Shown here piece by piece: positions 35,521 to 50,125 of a stretch of DNA of 64,000 nt. Under the pieces are notes generated by a model. The model ran no database searches. It was not told the origin of the DNA and saw only the letters and a list, made by a program, of their open reading frames with translations. Each line of letters begins with the position of its first letter. The first letter of the stretch is position 1. Origin of the DNA: Camelus ferus (Eukaryota); assembly GCF_009834535.1 (NCBI RefSeq), contig NC_045696.1, forward strand, positions 69,752,001 to 69,816,000. The letters are read 5' to 3'. Position numbers and translations under genes: made by a program.

Positions 35521-37373
35521 GAAGCAGGAGCTTCCTCAGTTTATAGTAAACTGGAGTAGAAGCTCCAACAATAAGCCACTTGTGAAGAGGAGAGGAAAGG
35601 AGGAGGTAAGATGGGAGAGAACCTGGAAGTGGGTGCCCCACTATGATACTTCTCAGGTTTAGGACCAATTCCTTAATCCTTATTTTGCTTACTGACTGTT
35701 CGATCTTTGTAATTACAGTACAGTTCGTTTTAAAGCATGCTATTAAATGTAAGCAGCTTAAAGTTTTTTAACCTTAAATTTTTTTAACTAAATTTCTTAA
35801 AGCTATAAAAGCCTAGAGTCTCTGATTATGTTTAAATTGATTTATTTTTTCAAAATAATGGATATATAGTTTATTAAAGCTAAAAAGTTACCAGATTCAT
35901 AAGACAAATACTGTACCTCTTCTCTCTTCCTGCAAAAGACTGTTTCATTAGGCAATATAGAGAGAATTATCTGATAATTTTATTTGTATATTACAATAAT
36001 TCTCTGCTTCAGTCTAAATGTGTTATTTGAATTAAAAAGTTATCAAATGAGTTCTGATTTCCAGACCAGCATGTAAGGAGCTTGGAAGTTACCACTCTCT
36101 ATCCTAACAACAAATAAAAAGCTGACCACCAGCAACAACAAAAGTCAACAGGTCTTTTTAGATCTGTAAGAGAAGTTAAGGTCACAGGGCAAACTGTCAC
36201 CCTCCAAATTGGAAAGACAGACAGGTACATAGAATCACAACTTGCTGGAGCAGCAACTCAAAAGCAGAAAGCTCTGAAAGAATCAGTGCTGGGGTACGAA
36301 AACCTAAACTAATTGATGAGTTGCTGGAGGTTCAGTGTGAACGTGTCTGAGAATCAAAAACTCCAAGGGGACCCAGACATAGGGGAATCCACACTTTTGT
36401 GAGTTTTGCCTCCAAGGGCTCAACTAGTTTTTCACAGTGAATGTTGGAAAGAAGACCCCTTGTGCTTCTTTCTGTCAGAGGGAGAAAAGGAACCACTGTG
36501 ACATTCACCAGAGCATTTTGTACCTCTTAAGATCTGCCTCCAGGAGAAACTGTATTTAATCAGAGCCCAACATGCTGAGATTTTATCAGAGCCTAACTGA
36601 CCTGGAAGAGGGAAATACCCAACTCTAGCTCCCTCTAGCCAACCTATCCCGCATAAGGGTCATGGGTGGTGGTGGTGTCTGTAGTGCGGTAAGAGATGGC
36701 TCAGAAACACTTGTAAAGTTTACAGGGCACAGGCACAGTAAAAGACTGACACCTAATCACAGGACTACAGACTGTTAGTCCTCCACCCATATCTTAACCA
36801 CCACATTACTAAAGGCCTACAGCAATTCCTTTTAACCAGTGCATCATGTCCAGCTTAAAGAAAAAATTACAAGGCATATTAAAAGGCAAAAACCACAGTT
36901 TGAAGAGACAGAGTAAGCATTAGAACCAGACTCAGATATGGCAGGAATGTTGGAATTAACAGACTGGGAACTTAAAACAACTGTGATTAATATGCAAAGG
37001 GCTGTAATGGATAAAGTAAACAGCATGCAGGAACAGATGGGCAATGTAAGCAGAGATGGAAATTCTAAGAAAAAGACCAAAAAAATGCTAGTGATCAAAA
37101 ATACTGTAGCAGAAATAAAGAATACCTTTACTACGCTTATTAACAGGCAGGACATAGCTGAGGAAAGAATTGCTGAGCTTAAGGAATTCTGAATAGAAAA
37201 TGCAAAAACTGGAAAACAAAAAAGACAAAAATTTTAAAAACCCACAAATACACAAAAACCCCAAGAACTATGAGACAGCTACAAAAGGTCTAACTCATAT
37301 GCAATGGCAATACCAAAATGAAAAGAAATATTAGAAACAATAATGACAGAATTTCCTCAAGTTATTGTCAGAC

Positions 37374-37732
37374 TGCTATAGACAATGTTTGTGTTGCCCT
37401 CTAAATAATATGTTGAAACTTAATCCCTAATGTCATGCTATTTGGAGATAGGGCCTTTGGGAGGTATTTAGATCATTAGGTCAGGGCCCTCATAAACAAG
37501 ATTAGTACCCTTATAAAAGAGACACCAGAGAGCTCCCTTGTACTTTCCACCATGTGAGCACACAGTGAAAAGATGACTATGAATCAGGAAGTGGATCCTC
37601 ACCAGATGCTGCATCTGCCAGTGTCTTGGTCTTGGATTTCCCAGCCTCCAGAACTGTGAGAGAGAAATTTCTGTTCTTTACAATACACCCAATTTATGGT
37701 GCTCTTTTATAGCAGCCTGAACAGACTAAGAT
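37374..37732 (+). mobile_element. MLT1A-like MaLR solo LTR nested in the L1
   Basis: tgctatag, ggcctttgggaggt, cccagcctccagaactgtgag, and atagcagcctgaacagactaaga. Confidence 0.85.
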
Positions 37733-39002
37733 GCCAAACCGCAGAATCAAGAAACTCAGAGAACACCAACAGGGTAAATGCCTCCCCCAAAACACCAAGG
37801 CCTACCACTTTCAAACTACAGAGAGTTGAAGATAAAAAATCCTGAAAGTAGCCAGAGGGAAAACACATCTTACCTATAGAGGAGTAAAGACAATTACACC
37901 TGTCTTCTCAGAAACCATGAAAGCAAGAGAGTTGTGTGAATTTAAAATGTTAAGAGGAGAAAACCCACCAATTTAAAATTCTGTACCTTGTGAAATCCTC
38001 CAAAAGTGAACTATAAAGACTTTCTGAGACAAACAAAATTGAGGGAATTTTTTGTCAGTACATCTGCCTTGTAAGAAAATGTTTTAAGCTCTTGCAAGAG
38101 AAGGGAAAAAATACAGATTAGAAACTCAGATCTACATTTAAAAAAAAAGGAAGAGCATCAAGAAGGATTAAGTGAAGGTAAAATTAAAAAAATTTTTTCT
38201 TATTCTTAACTGACTTAACAGACAACAGTTTGCTCAAAATAATAACAGCAACAGTGCTATTTGATTAATAATGCATTTGATTATGTTTTTATGTATATGT
38301 ATATTTACAAATGCTTATATATAAATGAAATGAATGACAGCAATGATACACGGGATGTGAGCGAGGAATTAGAATTACTTTGTTATTAAAAAGTACTCAC
38401 TACTGGTGAAGCAGTGTAGAATTGTTTGAAAGTGGACTTGGATTGACTGTTAATGAATAATGCAATCTCTAGGACAACCAGTAAAAAAAATTTTTTTAAA
38501 TAGAAATATAACTGATATGCTAAGAAAGGAGAGAAAATGGAAATACAGAATGTTCAGTTAAAACCACTAAAAGCAGAAACACAATGGAAGATAAAAATAG
38601 GAACAAAGAACAAGTGTAATATATAAAAAATAGTAACAAATATGGTAGATATTAATCCAACTAAATCCTTAATCACTTTGAATGTCAATGGTATAAATAT
38701 ACAAATTAAAAGACAGATTGTCAAAGTGGATCAAAAAACAACCCAATTATTTGTTGTCTACAATAAATCCACCTTAAAGATAAAGACACTTATAAATTAA
38801 AAGTAAATGGATGAAGAAAGATATTCCATGTTAATACTAATGACAAGAAAGCAGGAGTACACTATTAAGTTCAGACAGCAGATTTCAGAGCAAGGAAAAT
38901 CATCAGGGATAAAAAGAGGCATTGCATGATAAAGGGATCAATTCTTTAAGAAGATATAAGAATCATGCACCTAACAACAGAAGCATCAAAATATGTGTAG
39001 CA

Positions 39003-39124
39003 CAGAGAAAAAAATGTTACAATGAATATATATATGTTCATGTATATCTGAAAAATTGTTCTCTACACTGGGATTTGGCACAACACTGTAAAATGATTAT
39101 AAATCAATAAAAAAAAATGTTAAA
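39003..39124 (+). mobile_element. Young, heavily 5'-truncated L1 3' end with 15-bp TSD, nested in the old L1
   Basis: TSD aaaatatgtgtagca at 38988-39002 and 39125-39139; insert ends cacaacactgtaaaatgattataaatcaataaaaaaa. Confidence 0.8.
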
Positions 39125-42100
39125 AAAATATGTGTAGCAAAACCCGATAGAATTGCAAAAAGAAATAAATGAATGTACTAGTTTGGACAGAGACCTTAAC
39201 TCCCCTCTATCAGAAACAAACAGGTCCAGCAGGCAGAATATTGGTAAGGGCATAGCTGAATTGAACACCATCAATCAACTGGATATAATGGATGTCTATA
39301 GATTGCATCATTATCACCAACAGCAGAATACACATTTTTCACAAGTTCACATGAAATACCTAGATAACATTCTGGGCCATAAAGTAAAAACTAAATTAAA
39401 AAAATAGAAAATAGAAACCATACAATACTTGCTTTCAGATCACAATGGAATTAAACTAGAAGTCAGTAATGGAAAGGCAGCTGGAAAAATCCCCAAATAA
39501 TTGAAGACTAAACACACTTCTAAATAACACACAAGACAATGAGAAAAATCTCGAGAAATTTTTAAATATTTTGAATTAAATGAAAATTGTGGGATGGAAG
39601 TGTGCTTGCTTAGAGGGAAATTTATAGCATTGAATGCTAATATTAGAAAAGATGAAGGTCTAAAATCTTCAAAATTAGGAAATTAGGAAAAGGAGAACAA
39701 ATTAAATCCAAAGTAAGCAGGAAAAAAATAATAAAAATTAGATTAGAAACCAATAAAATTAAAAACAGGAAATAGAGAAAATCAATAAACACAAAAGCTG
39801 GTTCTTTGAAAAGATCGGTATTATTGCTAAACCTCTAGCAAGGCTAACTAAAAAAAGTGAAAGGACATAAATTACTAATATAAATAAAAGAAGAAACATC
39901 ATCTCAGATCCCATGGGCATTAAAAAGGATAATCAAGGAATACTATGAACAACTCTACACCCACATTTGATAACCTGGATGAAATGGACCAATTCCTTGA
40001 AAGACACAATCTGCTAAAACTTACATAAGAAATAGACAATTTGAATAGGACTGTATCTATTAAAGAAACTGAATCACTAATGAATAACATTCCAAAACTG
40101 CACCAGACCTAGATGTGTTCACTGGTGGATATGTAAGAAATATAAGAAATAATAATGTAAGAGATAATAATAATAATACAAGGAATAATAATATAAGCAT
40201 AATATTTAGAAACAGAGGTAGATTCTAGAAATACTAGAAGAAAAGGTGGAATGGGTGTTGGTGGTTGTCTCTGAGAAAAGAACTGAGAGAGGAAGAGAGG
40301 AGAGACTTGTTTTTTATTTATAACTTTTTAAGTGTCATGTGATTTTTAAATTATTTTGACAAAAATACCTTTTATAAAAAATTATAAACAAATTAATTCT
40401 TTTCCACTCTTACTTACTTACTAATGGGAATTCCACACATTCCAGCTGAAAGAACTGATTTCACTGAATGATACAGAAATTTATTATGCTTGGATTGAAG
40501 TAAAAAGAAAAAAGAAATGCACAAAAAAGTGTGTGTGTGTGGTTGTGTGCTAATGTAGACAAGTTTCTCATAACTTTTTATGATTATATTTTTCCTTAAC
40601 CTTCAAAGAGGTTAGTTAATGCTTCTGAATTTCATGCGGTCTGGGAACTTTGAAAACAGGCTCTTCTGTTTGATGTCCTTCTTGTTTCTGTTTAGAAGTT
40701 TTGGCTCAGCTGTGTGGCATTTCAGGAAATTTAACCATCCTACTAGTGATCAAAACTGACCTGTTGGGAAATAAAGAAACGGACAGAGCCGGGGGGCTTG
40801 TTATAGCTCAAAAGAACAATGAAAAAGAAAATGAAACTCAGAATAAGCAAAGGTTATGAGAAAATAAAACTTATTCTGGAGAATCCGGCTGTGTTTATGA
40901 GCTGTGGTCTTGGAGTGATTGCAGGGATTGGCTTGTCTTTCAGGAGTTACTTGAACCAAAAGTATGGAATTATAGATTAAACTAGAGAATACAATTGTTA
41001 CTTTGTATACAGAGTCTTTTCATGAGCAATGTGTTTCTGTTGTTTTAATGGTGTGATAAAATGAAACAAAAATTAGTATGTGTTAAACTCATTCATTCAA
41101 TAAACAGTTATTGTGTTAAATGTTTCACTAAGCACTGAGAGTAAGGGTAAGAGGTAGGGCAAGTGGATGGATATAAAGAGAAATTGGCATATGCACATCT
41201 CTGACTTTCACCAAGGAAATAAGACAGGTACTGAAATAAATACAGCACATATAGAAAACAATAAAAGAGGCACAGATAAAGCCAAAAGAAGCAGCCATCA
41301 TTTTGAATTGGAGGAATCAGGGCTGGCGTGAGGAAGGAGATGCCATTTGAGCCTGTGCCTTGGAGGTATGGCATGTGAGCTGAACCTTATAAAAAGGAGT
41401 CACATAGGGAAGGAATTACAGATGTTACTGACCCTTACTAAGGGATTATTAATATTCACAGAGTTAATGGTCCAGCCTGGATCTGAGCACTGGAATCAGT
41501 TTTCCTGAGACACTCACCGCCATCCAGGAGAAAGCAGGAGGGTGTCCAGAGAGTGGCTCTTTATCCAGAAACTGCTGACACGAGGCACCAGGAGGCCCGC
41601 TGACTCAGGGCAATGGGAGCGCCAAACCCTCGTCACCCCTCAATACACAAGTCTTTACTACAGCTGTTGGAACAGGTCCAGGCTTGCAAATTGCCTTTCA
41701 TGCCACTTGCCAAGAGTGAGTGTTCACTGATTTTTTTCCCCTGGGCAGAGGAATAAATGACAGTGATTTCTGTGGCTTTCTCTCCCAAGGGAAGAGTAGT
41801 TGGTTCAAAATATAGAGTCTGGTAAACTTTATGCATTTCTGACAGGCCCAAGGCTAGGTGTTACATAAATATAATTATGTTTGTGGGTTTGCCTATTTAT
41901 TATCGCATCATTTAAAAACAGCTAGATGGATGAAATGATTATGTCAAGTTTAAAAGCAGTGAAAACAATAACATATTTGTTAAGATACAGAGTTAAACGA
42001 TACGTATGTGTGTTTGTGTATGAAGTTAAATGATAAAAAAAAAACATGAGGATAATAAACACAATGTTCAAGATAGTGGTTAACTCTGCAAGGGAGGGAA

Positions 42101-42409
42101 GGATACACAAGACACTTCTGCCTGCATTTGTATTGTCTTATTTTATATTCTGAATGATAACCATAAGGGCATTTCCTATATTATTCTCTATACTTGTTCA
42201 TGTGCCTGAAATACTTAATAGTATTACTTTGGCTCAAAAGTCTCTATTTTGTCTTTTAATAAGTTTTACTGAGGTATAATTTACATACAATACAATTTAC
42301 CAATTTTTAGTACACAAATCATGACTTAGAACATTTCCGTTACCTCTCAAAATTAAAAATATACAATCAGCTTAGAGGCAAGGATTTATGTTTACTCTTA
42401 TATTGTAAA

Positions 42410-45400
42410 GATTTATGACAAAAATTGATATTCAACCAGTACCCTCACTGTAAACAACTACAAAACTGAACAAAATACATGAAATAACTGTTTTCAGATG
42501 TTGCTTAAGAGAGAAGGAAAAAAAAAAAGGTGAGCCCCATATGGCCTGCTTTTATACCTGGAGGTAATTTCTGGACTGTGGTGTAAGGAAGGGTATCCTA
42601 GACAGAGCACAGCAGTTTCTCTGACATAAGACAGAAATCAGAGCTCAGGGCTACTTAGTTATCTGGAATTTGTGGGGGAAAGGACCAGAGGCAAAGGAGT
42701 GATGCCAAAACTGCTCCAGAAATCTGTATAGGAATGCTCTTGAGCTTTTGGCCAAATACTAAACTGTGCATGCACAGGACAAGACTCCAAGAGGACAGGG
42801 AAACAGCTGGAGAAAGAATAGCTTCAGGTAGCTGTGAGCTAAATAATTACTGAATTCAAACAGACCTAGGAGATTTTCAAATTTAAACCAATCAGAGTGA
42901 AAATATTTTATAGAAAATGATGCCTTAATAGATCCCATCTTAGAAGAAGGACTAATCTAGCCCCAGAGTGAAGGTTCCTATACGCCCACCCTAACAAAGC
43001 TTAAAAACAAGTCTCAAAATTGTTAAGCTAATTCTCAAGCAAATTAACTCCCTGACCAAAAAAAAAAAAAAAAAAAAAAAAAATTCCCAAACTATTACAG
43101 AAGTTTAAAAAAAAACATCTGGGCACTCAGCAATGTAGCATGCATAATATCCAGTATATAATTACTAGATGTGTGAAGAAGCAGGAAAAGTATGATCTGT
43201 AACCCAAAGAAAAATTAATCAATAGGTATACCCCAAAATGATGGAAATGATGTTATTATCAACAAGAACTTTAAAACAGTACTATAAACTGTTTTATTAT
43301 ATTTACTAAACTATTACAACAGCAACTATTTTAAGGAACAGATTAACACAACAAAGTAACAATTAGAAAATCTCAATAGAAAATGGAAAGTGCAGAAAAT
43401 AACTGAATAAAAATTCTGGAACTAAAAAATAAAATATATGAATTGAAAATTTCAGTGGATAAGTTAAACAGCAGTCAGAGGCACAGAGAAGAAAGAACAG
43501 AGCACTTGAAGATATGGCAATAGACACTATCCAACTGAAGCACACAGAGGAAAAAAGGCTAGAAAATTGTTAACAAAGTCTTAGTGATCTATTGGAGAAT
43601 ATCAGGCCATCTACTACCTGTGAAATTCATGTACCAGAAGGAAAGATAGGAGAGAGAGAGGCAGAAAAACATCTGAATAATGGTTGCAATAGGGCACATG
43701 AATAATGGTCAATTTTTTTTCAAATTTTGCAAGATATAAACTCACAGACCCAAGAAGCTCAAAGAATTCCAAGAAGGATAAAAAAAGAAAACACACTGAA
43801 GAGTATCATTATCAAATTTCTTAAAACCAATGAAAAAAAATCTTAAAAGCAGCCAGATGGGAAAAACATATATACATAGGGGAATAATGATAAATATACC
43901 TCCTTGCTTCTTTTCAGAAATAATGCAAGCCAGAACACAATGTAACAATCACTTGAAGTGCTGTGAAAAAAAATATACTCTGTCAAACCAGAATCTTTAT
44001 CAAGCAAAAATATCCTTCAAAAGTGAAGGTGAAATACAGGCATTTCCAATAAAGCTCAGAGAATTCATTGCCAGTAGGCATGCTCTTTAAGAAGATTTTA
44101 GTAGAGTCCAGGCTGAAAGAAAATGCCAGGTGGAAGCATGAGTAAATGACGGAATAAAAAATTAAGAGTACTAGAAATGGTAAATATGGAAGTAAATGTA
44201 AAAGGCGATTATCTTAATTTATTAATTTCTTTAAAAGATCGTTATTTGAAAAAACAAAATAACATTTTGCAGGGTTTATGATGCATGTAGAAGTAAAATG
44301 TAAACAACAGTGCAAAGGATGGAGGGGAATGAAAATATACTATTATAAATTTCTTAAATTATATGTGAATTTGTATCATTTGACAGTAGAGTATGATGAA
44401 TTAAAGATGAACACTGTAAATCCTAGAGTAACCACTAACAATATAAAACAAAGAATATGTATAGCTAACAAGCCAATAATAAAGTTGAATATTGGAAAAC
44501 ACTCAAATAATCCAAAAGAAGGCAGGGAAGGAGGAGGACAAAATAAATAACATAAAAAAGAAACAGAAAACAAATAGCAAGATGGTGGACTTAAAACTAG
44601 CCATATCTAAATTCACATTAAATGTAAATTGATTAAATATTCTATTAAATGACAAGGGTTGTCAAAGTAGAATTTTTAAAAAGCAAGAACCAAGTATATG
44701 CTGCCTAAGAGATTCTCATTAAATAAATGACCCAGAGAGATTAAAAGTATAAGAACAAAAAAAATACACTATGCAAACACTAATCACATGGAAATTTATG
44801 CAAATATCAATAATCTTATGCAAACATATTCTTATGAAAGCTGGAATGGCTATCTTAATATCAAACAACTGACTTCCAGACAGGGAGATTACCAGACATA
44901 AAAAGGGAAATTTTATAATGATAAAAGGATCACTCCATCAAGAAGACATAATCAGAATGTGTGTGTAGTTAACAACAGCCCTTCAACTTACACCAAAAAC
45001 TGGTAGAACCAAAAGAAAAAATGTAAGTTCATAATTATATTTGAATGTCTTAACAGTCCTCTCTTATTTAACTAATAGAACAAATACACAGAGAATCAGT
45101 AAGACTAAAATTTAAATAATACTATCAACCAGCTCAATCTTTTGACATTTATAGAATACTACACTGAACAATTGCAGAACCCATTCTTCCCATGTGCACA
45201 TGAAATATTCATCACAAATGAGCTATAGTATAAGGCACAATAAATTTTTAAAGTTAAAATGATATAGACTATGTTCTCTGACTGCAATTTAACTAAAATG
45301 GAATTAAATTACAAAAAGATATCTAGAATATCTCCAAGTATTTGGAAATTAAACAACATGCTTACTTAACCATGGATCAAAGAAAAAATACAAAATCTCA

Positions 45401-47085
45401 AACTGAATGATAATAAAGGTACATCATATCAAAATTTGTGGGATTCAGCTAAAGCAGTGATGAGGGGGAAGTTTAAAAATTAAGTAATTTTTACTAAAGA
45501 ACAAATTACTTAAAATCAGTAATTTAAGCTTCCATGGTAAGAAGTTAGAAAAAATAAGCAAACTAAATCCAAAATAAGCAGAAGAAAAAAAAAAAAAAAA
45601 GCTAAAACAAATGAAACAAAAATTCGATAATAGAGAAAATAAATTAAACTAAAAGTTTAGTATTCGTATAGATTAATAAAATTCCCAAACCCTAGCTATA
45701 CTGACCAAAAGAAAAAAGAGAGAATACATATTATTAATATAAAAAAGTGAATGAAGAAACATCACTACAGAGCACACAGACATTAAAAAGATTAATAAAA
45801 TAATATTTTTAAGAATTTTATGCAAAGAAATTTGACTCTATAGATGACTAATTCTTTAAAAGACACTACTTTTTAAATGAATTTTTAATTAAAAATCTTT
45901 CCATGAGAAAAACTCTCCAGACCTTGTAAGTGTTAGTGTCACTAGTAAATTTCAAGATATCAAACATCTTGGGGAAGACGTCATACCAATTTTATACAAA
46001 TGTTTTTTGGAAAATAGAGAAGGAAACACTTTTCAAATCCTATTATGAAAACATTACCCTGATATCAAAACCAGAAAAAAGGCATTAAAAGAAAAGAAAA
46101 TTGCAGAGTAAATATTCCTCATGAATATAAGTGCAAGATGTATACTAGAATAATAACAAATTTAATCCAATAATATGTAAAAAGTATGTTGCAACACACC
46201 TAAATAAAGTTTTCAGAGACATGAAAGTTTGAATTAACATTCAAAAATCAATTGATGTTACTCACCACATTAACAGAGGAAAAAAGGAGAAAAGCTTAAT
46301 GACCATCTCAGTAGATGCAGAAAAGCAATTTGACAAAATTCAGTACCCATTCATGATAAAAATTCTGAGCAAACTAGGAATAGAGAAAAAAATTCTTCGA
46401 CCAGATAAAAGACCTCTAAAACCATACTTAACGGTAAAGGACTAAATGCTTTTCCCCTAATACCAAGATCAAAGCAAGGTTGGTTTTCCATTCACATCAC
46501 TTCTATTCAACATTTTTTTGGTAGGTTCCAGCCAATGAAATGAGAGGGAAAAAAGAAATGAAAAAAAATATATATATATATATTAAGAAAGAAACAAAAC
46601 TGTCTTTATGGACAGATTACATGATTGTACTAGTAAAAAATCTTAAGGAATCTTCAAAAACCTATCTTATTTAACATGTGAACTTAGCAAGTTTTAGGAA
46701 ACAAGGGCAGTATGTGAAAATCAATTGTATTTCTATACAGTAGCAATGAAAAAACAGAAAATTAAATTTCAAAAATATCATTTACAATAGCATCCAAGCC
46801 TTAAAACATATTTATGAATAAGCTTTACAAAATATGTGCAAGACATTTACACTAATATCTACAAACCACTGCTTAGAGAAGTCAAAGAGGGCCTTAAATA
46901 AATGCAAAAATATGCCATGTTCATGGATTGGAAGAATAAAGGTTGCTAAGATGTCAATTCTCCGTCAGAAAGGGTTTTTTTTTTTAAATAGAAATTAAAA
47001 ACTTGATCCTAAAATTGATATGGAAATACAAAGAACCTAGAATAGTCAATATAATCTTGATAAAGAAGAACAAAGTTGGACAGTC
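42410..47085 (+). mobile_element. Second ancient L1 (5' UTR, ORF1, most of ORF2)
   Basis: ORF1 C-terminal remnant (LYQAKISFKSEGEIQAF...LREFIASR), endonuclease start near 44610, RT-region DNA (atctcagtagatgcagaaaagcaatttgacaaaattca). Confidence 0.85.
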
Positions 47086-50000
47086 TGAAGGCTCTGAAAA
47101 GTGAATGACAGCAGATATCATTCCCGTTCCTTGGAGAAGGAAACCAGGACTCAAAAGTATTACGAATCTAGCAATAAGTTTCCTGGTTTTTCTCTCCCAT
47201 ATCTACCAGCCTGAACTCAAAGGGAGCCCAAATCCCAGATCGGTGCACCAGGTATAGACAAAGTGCTCCAAGAGAATCCTTCTCTTTCAGGTTCAAGGTA
47301 TGGAATTAGAACCTCTACAGGTCAGAGAGAGTGAAGGAAACATCCTTTTTCTTTTCTTTCCCTTCTGTCAAAGCCCTCAGGCAAGCAAGGCAAGTCTGGA
47401 GTTGCAATCCTGTGGTGGTGGTAGTAAGGCAGTGGACACCTACAATCTGAGATAAGGGAATACCTCTCTCTCTTTAGAGGAACTATGGTCTGAAGAGAGA
47501 CAGCATGCAGGAATTCCTGTTGCTTTTTCCTATATATATCATCCCATTCCTTAGCCCCAGAGGTAAACCCAGCCAAGGGAAGTGCATAGCAGAACAAGGA
47601 GAACAAAGCATCAACTTTATAGCCAGGGTACAGAAAGAGGGGTCTCTGAGAGCTGGAGAATATAGAGATTGTAGAGAGGAGAGAGTTCAACAAAAGTTCT
47701 GCATGAACTCCTTGGCTTACACCCAAGTTGTGGATCCATCAATCTGACCTTCAATAGAATAGCAATGCTACGAGAAGTGAATCATGAGGCTGACCACTGC
47801 TTAGGAACACGACTAGTCCCCGGGTGGTGCATATAAGGGATTGATCCAAATAGCACTGCAAAAACTTAAAAGATAAACTTACATTGAAACACAGAAGGTG
47901 GGTTGAAACTTGTAACCTGAGCTAAACAGGTTGACTGTCTGCTAAATAAAATAAAATAAAATAAAATAACATAACATAATATAAATTAAAATATAAAAAT
48001 TCTCCATAGGATTTAAACAAAATACAGTTTCAAAACACAATATTCAAAATGTCTAGGATACAATCCAAGATTATTCAAAATAGGAAAACCAGAAAAATCT
48101 CAACAATTATCTGGGAAAAGACAACTAAGGGAAGCCAACTCTGAGATGATTTAGATATTATAGGGATCAAATGATTTTAAGCAACTATTATAACCATGCT
48201 CCAAGAAGTAAGATGAACATTACTAAAATAAATGGAAAAAGGGAAAGTTGCAGTAGAGAAATAGAGGCTATAAAATGAACCAAATGGAAATTTTAGAACT
48301 GAAAAATACAATAACCAAAAATTTTTTAAAAAATCATATAGTTAGTTGAGTTCAATCATAAAATGGAGATGACAGAGAAAGAGTCCATGAACTTGAAGAT
48401 TGATCAATAAAAATTATGCAATCTGAACAACAGAGAAACAAAACATTGGGGATGTGTTTGTAAATGAATAGAGGCTCAGGGAACCTGTGGGACAATACAA
48501 AAACATCTAACATTTGTGTCACTGGAATCTCAGGAGAGGAGTGAGTGTGTTGCAAAAGTAAATTTGAGGAAACAATGGCTGAAAACTTCACAAATTTGGT
48601 GAAAAGCATAAATGTACAGATTCAAGAAACTCTATCAACCCCAAAGGGTAAAACTCAAAGACATACATGCTCAGATGTATTATAATCAAACTACTGAAAA
48701 CCAAACACAAATTAAAAATCTTGAAAGCTCTTAGAGAAAAACAATGCATATCATATAGGAGAATAATGATCAGAATAACTTGAGGTTTCTCATTAGAAAC
48801 CATGTAGATCAGAAGCCACTGGAACAAAGACTTTACTATGTGAAAGAAAAGAACTATCAACCTAAAATTCTATATCCAGTGAAAATACCTTCAGGAATAA
48901 AGGTGAAATTACTAGTGAAAGAAAAATAAGAAAATGTGTTGCCATCAGACCTTCTCTAAAAGAAATGCTAAAGTAAATTCTTCAAGTATAAAGGAGATGA
49001 TTCTAGATGGAAATGTGAAATTTCAGGAATGGAGAAAAAATTATAGAAATGGCAAGTCTGGGTAATACAGTAGACTGTTTTCTCCCCTTAACTTTGTTAA
49101 ATCATGTATGATAGTTGGAAGCAAAAATTGTAATATTGTTGAGTGTGGTTTTCATCATATGTAAATGTATTACCTATGACAACTACATTGTAAAGTGGGA
49201 AAGGTAGAGACTTACGTGGTGGTGAGGTTTCTCCATTCGGCTTGAAGTAGTTAATATTAATTCTAAAAATATTGTGAAAAGTTAAGTGTGTATATTGTAA
49301 TCCCTAGAGCAACTACTAAAAAAGACCATATGAAGCGATGTGGCCAAAAATCATTTAAAAAAAATAATAATCCAAAAAGAAAAGGTAGGAAAGAGGAAAC
49401 AGAGCAAAAGAGGCCACAAACAGAAAATTAGTAGTAAAATGGTAGACCTAAATTCAAATATATTAATAATTATACAATATGTAAATAGTCTAAGCACATT
49501 CATTAAAAGACAGAATTGTCAGATTGAATAAAATAACAAGACCCAACTAGCTATATGCTGTGTACAAGAAACTTAAAGTAAAATAATAATGAACAGGTAA
49601 AAAGTAAAATGATAGAAAAAGGTGTGCCAGGCAAACATAATCAAAAGAAAACTGGAGTAGCTTTACTAATAAAACAAAGTAGATTTCAAAGCAAGAAAAC
49701 TTAACCAGGAATAAGGAGAGATTTTACGTAAGGATAAAAGGGTCAATTCATTAAGAAGACAAAATACTCTTAAAGGTGTATGGACTTAACAACAGAGCTT
49801 CAAAATGAAAGAAGCTGAAACTGACAGAATTGAAAGTTGTGGGCAAATCCACAATTATAGTTGGAGCCTTCAGTATTTCTCTCTCAGTAACCTAGAGAAC
49901 AAGTAGATAGAAAACCAGCAAGAATATACAACTTACAGACACCACCAACTATCATAAAAGAACTGAAATCATAACAAGATTTTTTTTACTATAATGGGAT

Positions 50001-50125
50001 TAAATAAAAATGAATAATTATTATTATAAAATGCTAATAAAAAAATCAAAGAAAAACTAAATAGAGCAACATAGTATGTTCATGGACTGGAAAGCTAAAT
50101 ATATGTAGAATGTCTATTCTCTTTA
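47086..50125 (+). mobile_element. Third ancient L1 (5' UTR, ORF1, endonuclease region)
   Basis: ORF1-like DNA at 48140-48990 and an endonuclease start near 49470 (IIIQYVNSL). Confidence 0.8.
47945..47990 (+). repeat. (TAAAA)n/(TAACA)n pentanucleotide microsatellite
   Basis: aataaaataaaataaaataaaataacataacataatataa. Confidence 0.85.

Larger units (their letters stand above)
36045..40130 (+). mobile_element. Ancient L1 (L1MC/MD-type): 5' UTR, ORF1 and 5' part of ORF2
   Basis: ORF1 remnant MAGMLELTDWELKTTVINM...; endonuclease start ITLNVNG near 38673; many stops and frameshifts. Confidence 0.85.

Noticed and set aside
36844..49531. Many 60-134 aa ORFs in the L1 block
   Set aside because: Decayed L1 ORF1/ORF2 pieces or their hydrophobic antisense readings; no intact ORF.
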